A DNA stretch of 61,258 nt, counting the filler, from Dugesia japonica (lineage: Eukaryota), in assembly GCA_001938525.1 (NCBI GenBank). It is 6 parts of 6 records of this genome, joined end to end, with 100 filler letters (N's around TTAATTAATTAA, not from the genome) between each part and the next. Parts side by side here need not be neighbours in the genome. Positions count along the whole stretch, not along the records: positions 1 to 13,339 come from MQRL01383711.1; 5 more parts are not named here. The stretch is one strand, 5' to 3'. Positions 1 through 11,850 of the stretch are shown piece by piece. A program made the position numbers and the translations under genes. Positions within the stretch are counted from its first letter, which is position 1. Each line of letters opens with the position of its first letter. The notes below the pieces were generated by a model that was not told where the DNA came from, ran no database searches, and saw only the letters and a list, made by a program, of their open reading frames with translations.

Positions 1-1620
1 CAATTAAAAAGAATTATTTTTATTTTAAATTAATTTTTTAAAAAACAACAATTAAAAGTTTCTTTCAAATTCGTTTTAAAACTTTTATTTTATTTAATTA
101 ATATTATTTCGTTTTATACAAATATATTTATTTTAAACATATTATTTATTGATATTGATATATAGATAATATTTTCTTTGTTACTAATTCTCCTTCAGAA
201 AATATTTTAGAACTAGCCAATATAATTATTGATAACTTCAAATTTACTTTAGAGAAGTAAATCGATTTTCAAATTCTTTTTGTGGACACCTTAATCCAAA
301 AGAAACTTGGCGAAGTATTAACTACTCAGTTATATATGAAACCATTTCACAATGGGCATATATTACCCTGGAGTAGTAATACTGCCATCAGACAGAAAAT
401 TGGAATAATCGAGAGCGAAAGTATAAGACCTAAAAGAATATCTTCAAATGAAGAAATGAGATTGACTTCCCAAAGGTTGATTAAAAATAAATTTCTAAAT
501 AATGGATATCCAAATAGAATTGTATCTAAGTATTTTTCCTCGAATGCAAAATTAAATAAAATCAAACAAAAGACAAATACAGTTATTAAATTACCTTTTA
601 TTTATGAGAAATGTAGCCAAATCATGCAAAATATAATCAAAAAAATCGAAACTCAAACACAATCCAAGAAGTATATTTAAAACTCAAGCACCTTTGTATA
701 TCCAATTACAAAAACCAAGACAGAATTTTTTAGTTCCCAAATGCATTTGTGATGGTAGAAATATGTGCAATAAAAAATATCACTTACAAAATAACATGCA
801 CCTTATGTAAGGATACATATATAGGACAATCATTCAGAACCATCCATACAAGAATTAAAGTACATATCAAACAGAAAGAAAGTGAAGTCTTCCAACACTT
901 TCAAAACAAACATATTGTTTCCAGAAAATCATCATATTATATGGAAAACATAAGGAACAGGCTACATTTCTACATTTCACAGAAAAAAACATGAACAAAT
1001 ATTAATTAAAGAGGATAAATCTAAGATCAATGTGGGGTTCGACAATTACAATAATTAAAAAAATTTGAAAAAAAATCTATGTCAATATCAATAAATAATA
1101 TGTTTAAAGTAAATATGTTTGTAAACAACGAAATAATATTAATTATATAAAAATAATTTTTTAATAGTAATTTGAAAGAAACTTTTAACTGTTTTTTTTA
1201 AAAAGTAATTTTAATATTTTTAAAAAAACAAAATAAATTTTCAAAAAAATACAAAATTTAAAAATTATAACAGAATAATTGTAAAAAATTTTCATAATTC
1301 TAATATAGAAAAATTTTAATGAAAAAAAAACTTTAAAAAATCTCTAATATATGAAAATGATATTAAAACACAACTAAAAATTAAATATGTAAAAGACTTT
1401 TTGATTTAATTAAAAAAAAATTTTGAGAGTAAATTTAAAATAAAAATTAAAATTTATAATTAAAATAAACCAATAAAATTGCGATTAAATCTAAAGAATT
1501 TAGTAACAAAGATCTATTGCGTTGAATCTATCAAGAAGTTCCTGAAGAAGACTATTGTCGAAAATTTGAATTTCTATACAAATAAATTTTATTTTTGATC
1601 GAAGCCTTTTCTCTATTTCA
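1..1620 (+). mobile_element. Penelope-like retroelement (PLE), 5'-truncated, with inverted pseudo-LTR
   Basis: RT thumb (LYMKPFHNGHILPWSS...FLNNGYP, 282-680), Cys-rich linker, and C-terminal GIY-YIG (ITYKITCTLCKDTYIGQSFRTIHTRIKVH, 749-994, frameshifted, ends about 1058). Positions 25-167 are an inverted copy of 1075-1215. Hammerhead at 1534-1575. Confidence 0.9.
1534..1575 (+). ncRNA. Minimal type I hammerhead ribozyme of the PLE pseudo-LTR
   Basis: AGAAGTTC-CTGAAGA-A-GAC(TATT)GTC-GAAA-AT-T-T-GAATTTCT: 8-bp stem I with one GU pair, CUGANGA and GAAA cores, 3-bp stem II, loopless palindromic stem III. Confidence 0.8.
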
Positions 1621-1679
1621 ATGAAATCTCAAACGCGATCAATGTTTAAGCCCAACAATTATTCTCATAATAATTGTAA

Positions 1680-3245
1680 TTATAAAATTCTTTTATTAAT
1701 TTGAAATTTCTTCAATTATTATTACCTAAAGGTTTTATGAAACTTTTCATAAAATTTTAATGTTGGATATTAAAACATCCTAACATCCTTCTTCTTAAAG
1801 AAATTTTAACATTTCAACATTTCTGTAAAATATTCTTCCTTGCCTTTTTCCTACCTTGTACCTTATTTCATAGATCTTTTCTCTTTAAATTTTTTTGGGC
1901 CATCCTATCTTTTCTTTGACGGTATTTTGTTTTTCACCAATATTTGCCGACCAATTTTGTAGGCTCTACGGGTTGGGTTTAATTCCCCACTGATCAACGT
2001 CTTTTCTAGCTTTTCATGATCAATTCATCTTTCTCTTCGAATCTCTCTTCCGTAAACCATGGTTGCTGGGTTAGTTCTAATCGTCTTTTAACACGTTGCA
2101 TTCATCATGAACTCTAATTTTGGAATCTTTTCGTCCCAATTTCCTTTTTAGATGCATTGATGCAGTCATCTATGATTCTGAATTGTCTCTAAACCAAGTC
2201 ATTTGTCCGGTAGTGGTATGGACTCTATTAGCAAGAAAAACGCTATCCTCATCAAAAATTTATTTATAACAAAGTTTCTATAAATTGAAAAAACTGAATT
2301 AGAATAGTTTTAATATATACGCAATAAACTATTCTAACTATGACTATTCTAAATATACAATAATTATTTTAATTATTTTCTTTTACATTTATTTAATGAT
2401 ATATTATAACAAAGTTTGATTTGGCTTTCGAATTTTTAAAGCACTAATACTACAAATAAGTTTTATATCATATAAATAGGTAGTAACTTGAGGAATTTCA
2501 AGCAAATATATAAACAATTCTGCAAAAAAGAGGATATACTATTATTTTTTTAAATGATAGGATATGTTTTAAAATTTTAAAATTTCAAAAATTTTTTAAA
2601 TTTCAAAAACTTTATAAATATTTTAATTGCGCATAAAAATTTGAATATCATTCTCCCATCTCCCTTCGTTAAAAAATCTTCTGATCTTTTCAACGTTTTT
2701 TTCCATTGTCCGACCCAGATCATCTCGAATCAGACATCTTCGGTCATGTATCTTTTTTACTACTAAGAATGACATTGTGGAAGAATACATCATTATCGGT
2801 ATCATCCTGCATGTAACGAATGAATTCTTCTATGTCTTCAAAAACGTCTCTTGGTCTTTACACCAGTAGTCGTAACCTAGCTTAAGAACCTTTACTTTGT
2901 TCTCTGATGCTTCATATCTTTCTTCAAGATTCGCTTCAATCATCTAACCGATAACAATCCCTTGTAAATCTTTGGAAATTTTGGCCAATTTGAAGAATCG
3001 ACTGACGTCCCTCAAGAATATGTCAAGATTGTCACCTAATTTGAAAGGTCTCGGGTGAACAAATCTGTTACTAAGTTTGAATCTGACGTGCATGCCATAT
3101 TAGCAAAAAAACCTATTCTCATCAAACATTTATTTACGACAAAGTTTTTATAAATTGAAAAAACTGAATTAGAATAGTTTTCCTTTACGACTTATTTTTC
3201 TTTGAAGAATAAACGTTTTTAGTCTATCTTTATTTCGGTACCAGG
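1680..3245 (-). mobile_element. Scrambled Ty3/Gypsy relic: PBS-like TGGTACCG (about 3243), gag start (about 3098-2623), duplicated leader fused to integrase C-terminus (about 2225-1860), PPT and LTR start (about 1786)
   Basis: Minus-strand PRPFKLGDNLDIFLRDVSRFF (gag-like). WDEKIPKLEFMMNAT..KTIRTNPATMVYGREIRRE resembles the integrase end at about 23.2 kb. Confidence 0.7.
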
Positions 3246-3559
3246 TTAAAGTTCAGCCCAGTTTTTTGTGGTGGGGTTGGGAGGTTGTTTGACTCATGCG
3301 CTACTACATTTAAATATATCGTAGATTTGAAATGGTAATGTCTTAGTTAATATAACAACATTAGACTAGAGTAAAACATATCTTATCATTTAAAAAAATT
3401 ATTATATATCCTCTTTTTTGCAGAATTGTTTATATATTTGCTTGAAATTCTTTAAGTTACTACCTATTTATATGATATAAAACTTATTTATAGTATTAGT
3501 GCTTTAAAAATTCGAAAGCCAAATCAAACTTTGTTATAATATATCATTAAATAAATGTA
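2384..3559. repeat. 188-bp near-perfect inverted repeat (2384-2571 / 3372-3559) with 800-bp spacer
   Basis: The arms are reverse complements with only a few mismatches (TACATTTATTTAATGATATATTATAACAAAGTTTGATTTGGCTTTCGAA...). Confidence 0.9.
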
Positions 3560-5969
3560 TATCGATTAGTTGTAACTGCAAACTATGGGAGGAAAATAAT
3601 GACCAGACCCTTCAGCAAAATATAATATATTCAGGGTATTCCTATATTAGAATAGCTACTAATTCAAAATCATGATCTCATTTTTGCGTAAAAACGATTT
3701 TTTGAAACATCTCCTCCCCAACCCATAAGCTTTCATACACAAATGATTCACTCATGACAAGCCCCCTTCACCCCTTGGTGCGTACAAAATATATGGATGA
3801 CACTTAATTTGAAAAAATACTTTTACTTAGTTTAAATTTATTACAATGGCTGTGTACTTATTTTCGAAAATAAGTAATAATATTTAATTAAAGTTTTAGA
3901 AAAATTTAAAATATTTTCAATTTTTAAAAAATAACTTTTCGTGCTTTTTTGTAATTAATTAATTAATTTCATTTAAAGCAATATTTAAATACTTTTTATT
4001 TTTGATTTCCTAAACTAAAAATGTCTTAACATTTTATAACTATTTTAATTTATATTTAATAAAATTAAAAAAGATTATATATTAAAGTTTTAATTATGAA
4101 TGTTTTATAAACACTATTTAACATCTATTTTACCAAAGAATATGCAAAAATCAAGTTTTTTGAAAAATTTTTAAAGTAAATTTTAAAATAATTTCATACT
4201 TCATTTTTAACATATCGTGTTTTTAAAAAATTATTTATTGTTCAAGAAATACATTAAGTTCTGCTTACAATAATTTGTTTAAATATTTAGTTTATAATCT
4301 TGCCAAAAAGTTACTTTTTCGAAAAGAATACTTTTTGCACGATGAAATTTATTTTCTGTATTTCTAATTAATTTGAATTTTTCTTCTATATTTTCAAAAA
4401 CTTTTGAGTTTATAGAAAGTTTTCCTTTATTATATAGCAATGGTTTAGTTTTCAGATACAATTTCTAAATAGTAAACAAAAGAATTGACATATAGAGAAT
4501 ATACAGTAGTTGAAAATCTAATGTACATGAAAACATTTTATCTAATTATATTAAAAATCAAGAAATAAATTTCATTCTATATTCATCAATGAAACTTACT
4601 GAAAATTATTTTGAAGTAAATATGAAATTTTTCACATTAGCTAAAGATTTGAAGTTAGCAATTCTACGTTTTGAAAGTTCAGAAAAATTAAAAAACAAAA
4701 TGATATTTTAATCTTACACTAATTACAGTGAATATGCACTGTTAATCCAAATTATTTCGATTTTAATTAATAACCATCTTTAATTCAAAAATAAAAAAGA
4801 TAACATTGAAATAAAGAAAACTGAAATGTTATCAAATATTACAATTATTGGTAAATAAAACTAATGAAATAATAAAATGGGCTGTATTAAATGTCAGACT
4901 AAATCTGGAAATATTACAATCACTTGAAAATATAAAGGGTTTGTGAGAAATGATTTGGTTATCAACGATGAAATCATCCGCAAAATTAACAATGATAACG
5001 ACGATCCTTATAAATATCCTGGTATTATTATAAAATAAAAGGTGACCATATTCTACATGAGTAAATTAATAGACGCTGCACTAAACCCGTGCTAGAAAAT
5101 ATTTTGCGGCTAAAATTTGATTGGTCTTATACATGTTTCCAGCGATTTGTTTCGGGCGAAAATTTGATTATGTAATTGGTATGTAAATTCTGCAATTAGA
5201 TTAGTCGAGTTTTTGTATGTATGTTGTTTACGTAACAATGACTGCATGTTTATGTAACGATTACGTAGTCAATATGTCATAATTAGGGCAATTTTTGTCA
5301 ATAAAGTCAATTGAATCTTAAATTACTCAAAACTTGTTAATAATATGTAAAAAAATCTTTGACTATATAAAAGTATCTTATTTTAAAATTATTAAGTCAA
5401 AAATTCAAAAATTTTATCAAAAAGTTCAAATTGTCAAAAATTATTTCAAAAGGTCAAAAAAGAATCTTATTTTAAAATTTTTAAAGTCAAAATTTCAAAA
5501 AATTATCAAATTAATCTACGTCATACGATAAAAAATCAACACTTTAATTATATACACTCAATTATTTTTAATAAATACTTTCATTAATTATCATTGGTAA
5601 TTCTTAGATACTGAAATAATACCAAAAACCATTTTTAAAAAATGAATAAATGCTTTATTTTTGATTTTATAATAAAGCATGTATTTTTAGATAACTTCTT
5701 TAAACAATATATATGCAGCTTTTAATTCTCTATCTCCTGGTATCAAAATATTATCTAATATATGAATATTTCGCGCCTGTACCGGGTTTTTAAAATTTAA
5801 AAGTTCAAATCCTTAACAACTCGTCATCAATACGTTAGATTGAACTTCTGAGATAGCAGTAATGTCCGTCATCTGATTACGAGTCCATCGATACAAAGTT
5901 TTACATCATAGCATGTATATACTCGTTTAAAATTTAATTTTTTAATATGAAAGTCTTTGTTACAGTGTT

Positions 5970-6330
5970 TCTGAGAAGTAAGTCACATTACAATGATGTG
6001 GACTGCTTGATTGCAACCTTAACAGCTTCTCAAGCAAAGAACCACACAAAACATGAACTGTTTAAAGGTATTGGAATGCCACCCCAGCCTGTTGTTACAA
6101 GATGGGCAAGTTAGTTGAATGTTGTGAAGTACTATGCTGACGACTTTGTGACGATCAGCATGATTGAAGATTTTTAAAGCAAGAAAAAGAAATTGTTTCA
6201 AATTCAACAGTAGCCAAAAGTTTTTGTAAGATTGTCAAAACTAAATTGTTTTGGCTGAAATTATTATTCCGGCTGAGAGTAAAGATTACACTATCGAGTC
6301 TGTCGAAGGAAGTTTTTGAATTGAAATTCA
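5970..6330 (+). mobile_element. hAT-superfamily transposase fragment (decayed)
   Basis: FKGIGMPPQPVVTRWAS*LNVVKYYADDF: TRW motif in a PPxPVxTRW context. Confidence 0.65.
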
Positions 6331-9029
6331 TTGAAGATTCATGTAATATATCAAAAAGTAAATAAAAGGAGGATTCATGAAAAATGGAGTAATGAGTAAA
6401 ACATATGCATTATAAAGTCAGAATTTTGGTCAAAAAAGTCAAATTTTTCTTTTTAACATGATAAATAAAAGATTGCACTAATAATGACAATAAGGGATTA
6501 AAAAAAGGAATCAATTTCACCATTGGAATATGTTTTTAATGAAATTTCAGCCTTTTTCAACTTGTGTCAAAAGAAGATTTTCTATTTTGAATAAACCTTT
6601 AGCAAAAGACCGAAACTTTGCCCCTGAAATTTGGTAATAAAATTATGTTGTTATAATGTTCAATAAAATGTAAACTCTTGATATATTTTTTATATACAAA
6701 CCTAAATTTTCATAAATTTTAAGACTACTAAGCAATGATAATTGTTTAAAAAAAGAAAAATAAAGTCTTGTTTTTATAAAATTGTTTTTATATAATTTTG
6801 TATATTGGATGAAAAATCTATAAACCAAAGTTCAAGTGATCCAGTGCTGACATATCTTTATTTCGAGCCAAACATTTTTCAAAAAAAGTAAAGAACAACC
6901 GTTTTTAATTCTGTGTTAAACGGTACTAAATTTGAAACCAAAACACCGATTTTCGACCTTCCAGAGCAAAAATTCAACCAATAAATATAAAAAAATCGAA
7001 AACTGTTTTTACCTAATTTTAACGACCAGTCAAAATGCTTAATTTATAAAATAATCAAAACTCCTGGATCACTATGTCGACGGGGGAGATGATCCAGTGC
7101 TGACGTATCTAACTATTAAAGTATATGCAGTTTTTAATACTGAGTCTAATAATATCAAATTTTTAAAGAATTATTATTATTATTTATGAGCATAATTGGA
7201 GCCTTTAAAAGCAAATTTGGATTCAACTTTAATGCTAACATGCCTCGATTTTGTATGCATTTTTTCAATATTTTCATTTCCACTATGTGCAGTCCGTTTC
7301 AAAAGTCTGTTTGCACCAATGTAAATTACAAAAATTACAGACAAGTCGTTTGAAAGGGCAATGGAAAAGGAAGAAACATTATATTTACAAATATTAGTAA
7401 GTTTATTAATATTTTGTTGGGTATTCTTTCATCTTGATAATAGAGGGCACTCTTCGTAGCATGGAATCAACGAGTCTGCAACATAAGGAAGTGGGTATAT
7501 TATACCATATCTTTTGTAACTCGCACGCATTTCATCGGCATGTATATTTATAAACCAATAATTGCTATCTTAAAAAAAATTAATTTTTTCAAATAATTTT
7601 TTAAAATTTTTTTAACACAACAGACTATGCTATTTCCAATCACAACCCCGATGCTACCACATTCCCCTGTGGGAGACTCCTTCCTCTGAAGAAATTTATT
7701 GAAATCAAGGAGTTGTATTGAGTTCCCATCAAAGTGAACTTACAATACTGTATTCCACGCTTAAGTTCCCTCACCGCATTTGTGAAGTTGGTCTTTGGAC
7801 ATCTAGTTCTAACTGCTGAACAAGTTGAAAATGATCATCAGTTGAAAAATCTTGAAAAATATTTAGAAAAACTATTTTGTACCAGAACTTAAAATATTAC
7901 AAACAATTGAAAAAGGTAATTAAAAAAATACGTTTAAAATAAAACAAATGTTGATTCAATGAGATTTATTAACACATTAAAAAACAACACATAAAATTGC
8001 AATAATATGTTCACGACATTTAACAATAAACAGTAAAATAAAGGCTTACACAACGAAGAAATATAGTTTTGGTTTAAAACTTTGGCATTGCACATCGGAT
8101 ATAAACTAAGAATTAATAAGTTTACATAAATAAAAAAATATTATCGCTATTTTTCTTCCTTTCCACATGACATTGTCTTTGCTTCCTCAAAGCAATGAAT
8201 AGAGCTTGCATTTTGATATTTGTTTTAGTTATACTGGTTATCTTTGGACTCTAATATTGTATGTCCATGCTCAATTTATTAGCAGTTTTTACTTTTTCTT
8301 TTTTATAGATCTCAATAGCTGCTGTTGGCGAAACAAATTGAAATAACCTTACCAAGTTTTTCATCAAAAATATCATATTTTCAATCACCTTTGAATTTAA
8401 TTTGATTTTTTTCATACTTTCTTCTTTTCTTAATACCCAATTAATTAAAAAATTTTGTACTAATATTAATAATATTATTACCACCAAACTATCCAGAAAT
8501 TGAATGTATATTAATGCATGGAGACCCTTTGTAGTTTTTCTCCAACTTATACCGATATAATAGAATTTCATTGTTGGATATTTATGTCATCGGATTCATA
8601 AACTGCTCCAGATTGTATTCTCTCTTCAAAGCTTCTGTTTTATTAACTTTACACCTAGTTAAATTATTCATATAGTTCAGTATATATGTTTGATTAATGA
8701 TTGAAAATTGTTTGTATCCATCAATTTCTGGATAATCTTCATTGTTTTTGTTACATATCCATATCTACTTGATCATTTCATATTGCTTGTGAGATGAACT
8801 GCAAATATCTACTGTTTTGAAAATAATGAAATATTTAAAAGAATTTCGATTTATATTCTTGTTTTGTGTGAATGTATACTATTTTTGGTTGTAGAACGGG
8901 TAGAAAAAATTAAAGAAGAAAAAGAAAACTTGTTGTAATAATAAATGTAATTGTAATTAATTTTGTAATTATTGTAATTAAATTATTAAATTAAACAAAT
9001 TATTGTAATTAATTTTTATTAATGATTAC

Positions 9030-10021
9030 AATAGGTATGCAATAGACATACGATAAGGATGCAACACAGCCTGTGAATTTTAAACTTCCCAAAACATACC
9101 AAGACTGTCCCATCTCTTAGAAAAATTTAAGACTGCCAATCTTCTGCAAAAAATATAAAACTGCCTCATCTAATATATAAATATCAAGACTGCTCAAATG
9201 TACATATATTTTTCATAAAAAATCAATTTAAATAAAATCATCATTTTTATTAAAAAACATTAATTTTCAAAAAATCATTACACCGCCCTCACCCCACAGA
9301 AAAGATTAATTTAAATCTTATAATCACCATCAAATAATTTCCTTTCTACCCATATACTTTTCCCCCAAAGAAAAATTATTTTAACAACTTTATACTACTT
9401 ACAAAAATAAACCAAACAAGTTCTCGATGAATAAATCTTCAATTCCCTTCCATTCCACAACCATCAAACTCAACACCACATTACATCTTCAACAAGCCAT
9501 CACTAACCAAAATCCAACAACTACCAATAAACTTATACCAATATAAAAAATAAGCGAGCGATAACTCATCAGCTGTGCTTATGCGCTACCACCACTTGTA
9601 AAGAGAACCATCCATTCTACTTAATAAGTTTTTAGACCATATATAGACAGTATTTTGGTTCCAATGCACTCATATCATAAAACCCCTCAAAAAGTTAAAA
9701 TCAATACCCCCACACCTTTCTCGAGTTCACTTTTACTCTTACACACACTCACACACACCCTCTTTATTAAACCAAATTTAAATTACCCACCACAATATTC
9801 CAAACTCACACAAATTTTGAAAATTAAAATCCCCCCAACTTCTAGAATCAAAAATTCATGATCCCGATCAAAGAAAATTGATCCAATAAAAAATCTGATC
9901 ATCCCTACATTTTTTTAAATCTACACGATAACTCATACCAAATTTAAAGCAGTGTTATGATTTTTCTCTAGGAGGGAGCTTGATATTTCATACTGTGCTT
10001 ATGCATGAAATACGTACTACT
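9030..10021. mobile_element. Right terminal region (TIR) of a Polinton/Maverick-like element
   Basis: Diverged inverted homologue of 58415-59760 (shared TAAATATCAAGACTGCTCAAA, CGATAACTCAT, AACCATCCAT, CTCGAG..CTTACACACA, GATCAAA..TTGATCC). Ends ...TACTACT, i.e. AGTAGTA on the minus strand. Confidence 0.65.
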
Positions 10022-10870
10022 AAAATAAATCGAAATGATGATGATAGAAGAGAGATGTTAGAAAAAGATGGGCGAGAGTGAAGTAGAGTAAATGTTGATG
10101 GAGTAATTTTAGAGATGTTGTTAGATTCAGGAGCTTCGTGACAGTCATGAGTGAAAACTATTGAAAAACCGTTTTTGTTGATGTGCAATATCCGATTAAA
10201 TATAGAATTTTTATAAGGACGGAGAAAAAACCGTTGGGTATAGCAGAATTCAGTATACAGTGGTTAGAAGAAAGTCAGGAAAATTAAAATCATAGTTAAA
10301 CAAATTCTCCTCAAATTAATAGGTTGTATTGATACAATGAAAAGTTTTAGAGTGAAATTAACAGAAATAAATAACATCGAAAATGAGTCTGAAGATAACT
10401 CATTCTGACGAAGATAGAAAAAATAACGCGTTGAAGTTGTTTAAAGGAATAGGTAACAGAAAAATCGTTCAGTTGATCCAGAATCTGGGTGAGATAATCA
10501 TGGCTACGATATTTGATATCGGGTATACGAGAAAAGAATTACATGAAATAAAAATTAAAGGAGATCCAATAATACAGCACCCTAGAAGACAGCGATGTAC
10601 TTTGAAAAGAAAATTGAAGATATCATTAAAGAATTAGCAAAGATTTGTGGGATCAGCACGTGTAATAGTTCAAAAAAATCTTTTTTAGTAATTGTGGGTA
10701 AAAATGACAGCTCGATAATAATGTGTGTGGATTTTAGGTCAGAAAAAGTCTTTTTTCCAATGCCAGACATTAAGTTATTATAAGATTGTTTATCTGGCTC
10801 GAAATTATTTTAGCGGAAAAGTCAAAGGATGTCACTGCTTTCAGTATAAAGGAAGGTCAATTACAAATGA
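10022..10870 (+). mobile_element. Ty3/Gypsy protease and N-terminal RT fragment
   Basis: VDGVILEMLLDSGAS, HEIKIKGDPIIQHPRRQ, VIVGKNDSSIIMCVDFR; frameshifted. Confidence 0.8.
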
Positions 10871-10985
10871 ATTTCTATTATTAAAAATCAAAAAACTATC
10901 TAAATACTATTAGTATTTAACTATACTAATATTTAACCATTAGTATTCAACAGTATATCTGTCAACTTCAGGCACTATTTAAAAC

Positions 10986-11532
10986 TGTGAGTGGTTTAAA
11001 AGCGAGTTGAAATTTTTATGCTCTGGTTGAAAATTGTGTTTTGTAAAATTCTTTTTTAAAAAAATCGAAATCACTAATTAATTAAGAAATTAAAATAAAT
11101 TAAAATTTTTGGAAATGACAATTTTTTTTTGAAAGTTCAGAAGATTTTAAAATGATAATTTTATAGCAGGTGATTTTGTTTTGAAAATTTTATGAAAGTT
11201 TTTGAGAAAATTTTAAAGGATATGTTACAAGTAAATAATCATTTTTTTGTTTTGAAATTTTATTAAAATTTTATTAACAAAAGGATCAATCTTTTGTTTA
11301 AAAATTTGTGAAAATTCTAAAGAATGTGTTATTAAAAAATAATTATTTTCTGTAAATTTTCAAATTAATTTAAATCAAGTTTTAAATTTGTGAAAAATAA
11401 TTTCCGATTAGAGTATGAAGTTTTAATTTGTTCGAATAAACAAATAATGATGGTTTTAGTTTTTATTTGGAAATAAATTTTATGGAGTTGAATTTTATTT
11501 TGATAATCCGGGTTCTCAAAACTCATCTAACA
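10986..11532 (+). repeat. Dispersed repeat, probable solo LTR (family copy at 45592-45952)
   Basis: Shared blocks AAAAGCGAGTTGAAA and GAATAAACAAATA...GAAATAAATTTTATG.AGTTGAATTTT...CAAAACTCATCTA.CA; TG...CA ends. Confidence 0.55.
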
Positions 11533-11664
11533 AAAACTATGAATAGAGTATATATACAAAGTTCTGATTTATTCGATCAATTATATTATGATTAATGTTA
11601 TTGATTAAATTTTAAACATAATGAAATGTCATTTTTTATTTATAATTGCTTTAATTATTTCAAA

Positions 11665-11850
11665 ACTTTGAGCCTTCATCTTATATAAATTCAAACTGAA
11701 TCATAATGTAAGGGCTGCAAGTCGCCCCATGAAATCGAGATGGTTGAGGATAGTGTATAAAATTCTACACTCAAGATTTGGTTCAAAAGGTTTCGCGCAG
11801 GTGAGCTGAAATCTGTAAACAAATATCGCGAAGTACCAGAATCAAAGGAA
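11665..11850 (+). mobile_element. mariner transposase N-terminal HTH remnant
   Basis: ILYKFKLNHN...STLKIWFKRFRAGE resembles mariner WFxRFxxG. Confidence 0.6.

Noticed and set aside
4870-5030. KCQTK...DPYKYPGI as a non-LTR RT domain 6-7 remnant
   Set aside because: Too short and degenerate to support as a feature.
7678-7712. Second hammerhead candidate CTGAAGA-AATTTATT-GAAA
   Set aside because: Stem II is weak and no valid NUH/stem III geometry is compatible with stem I.
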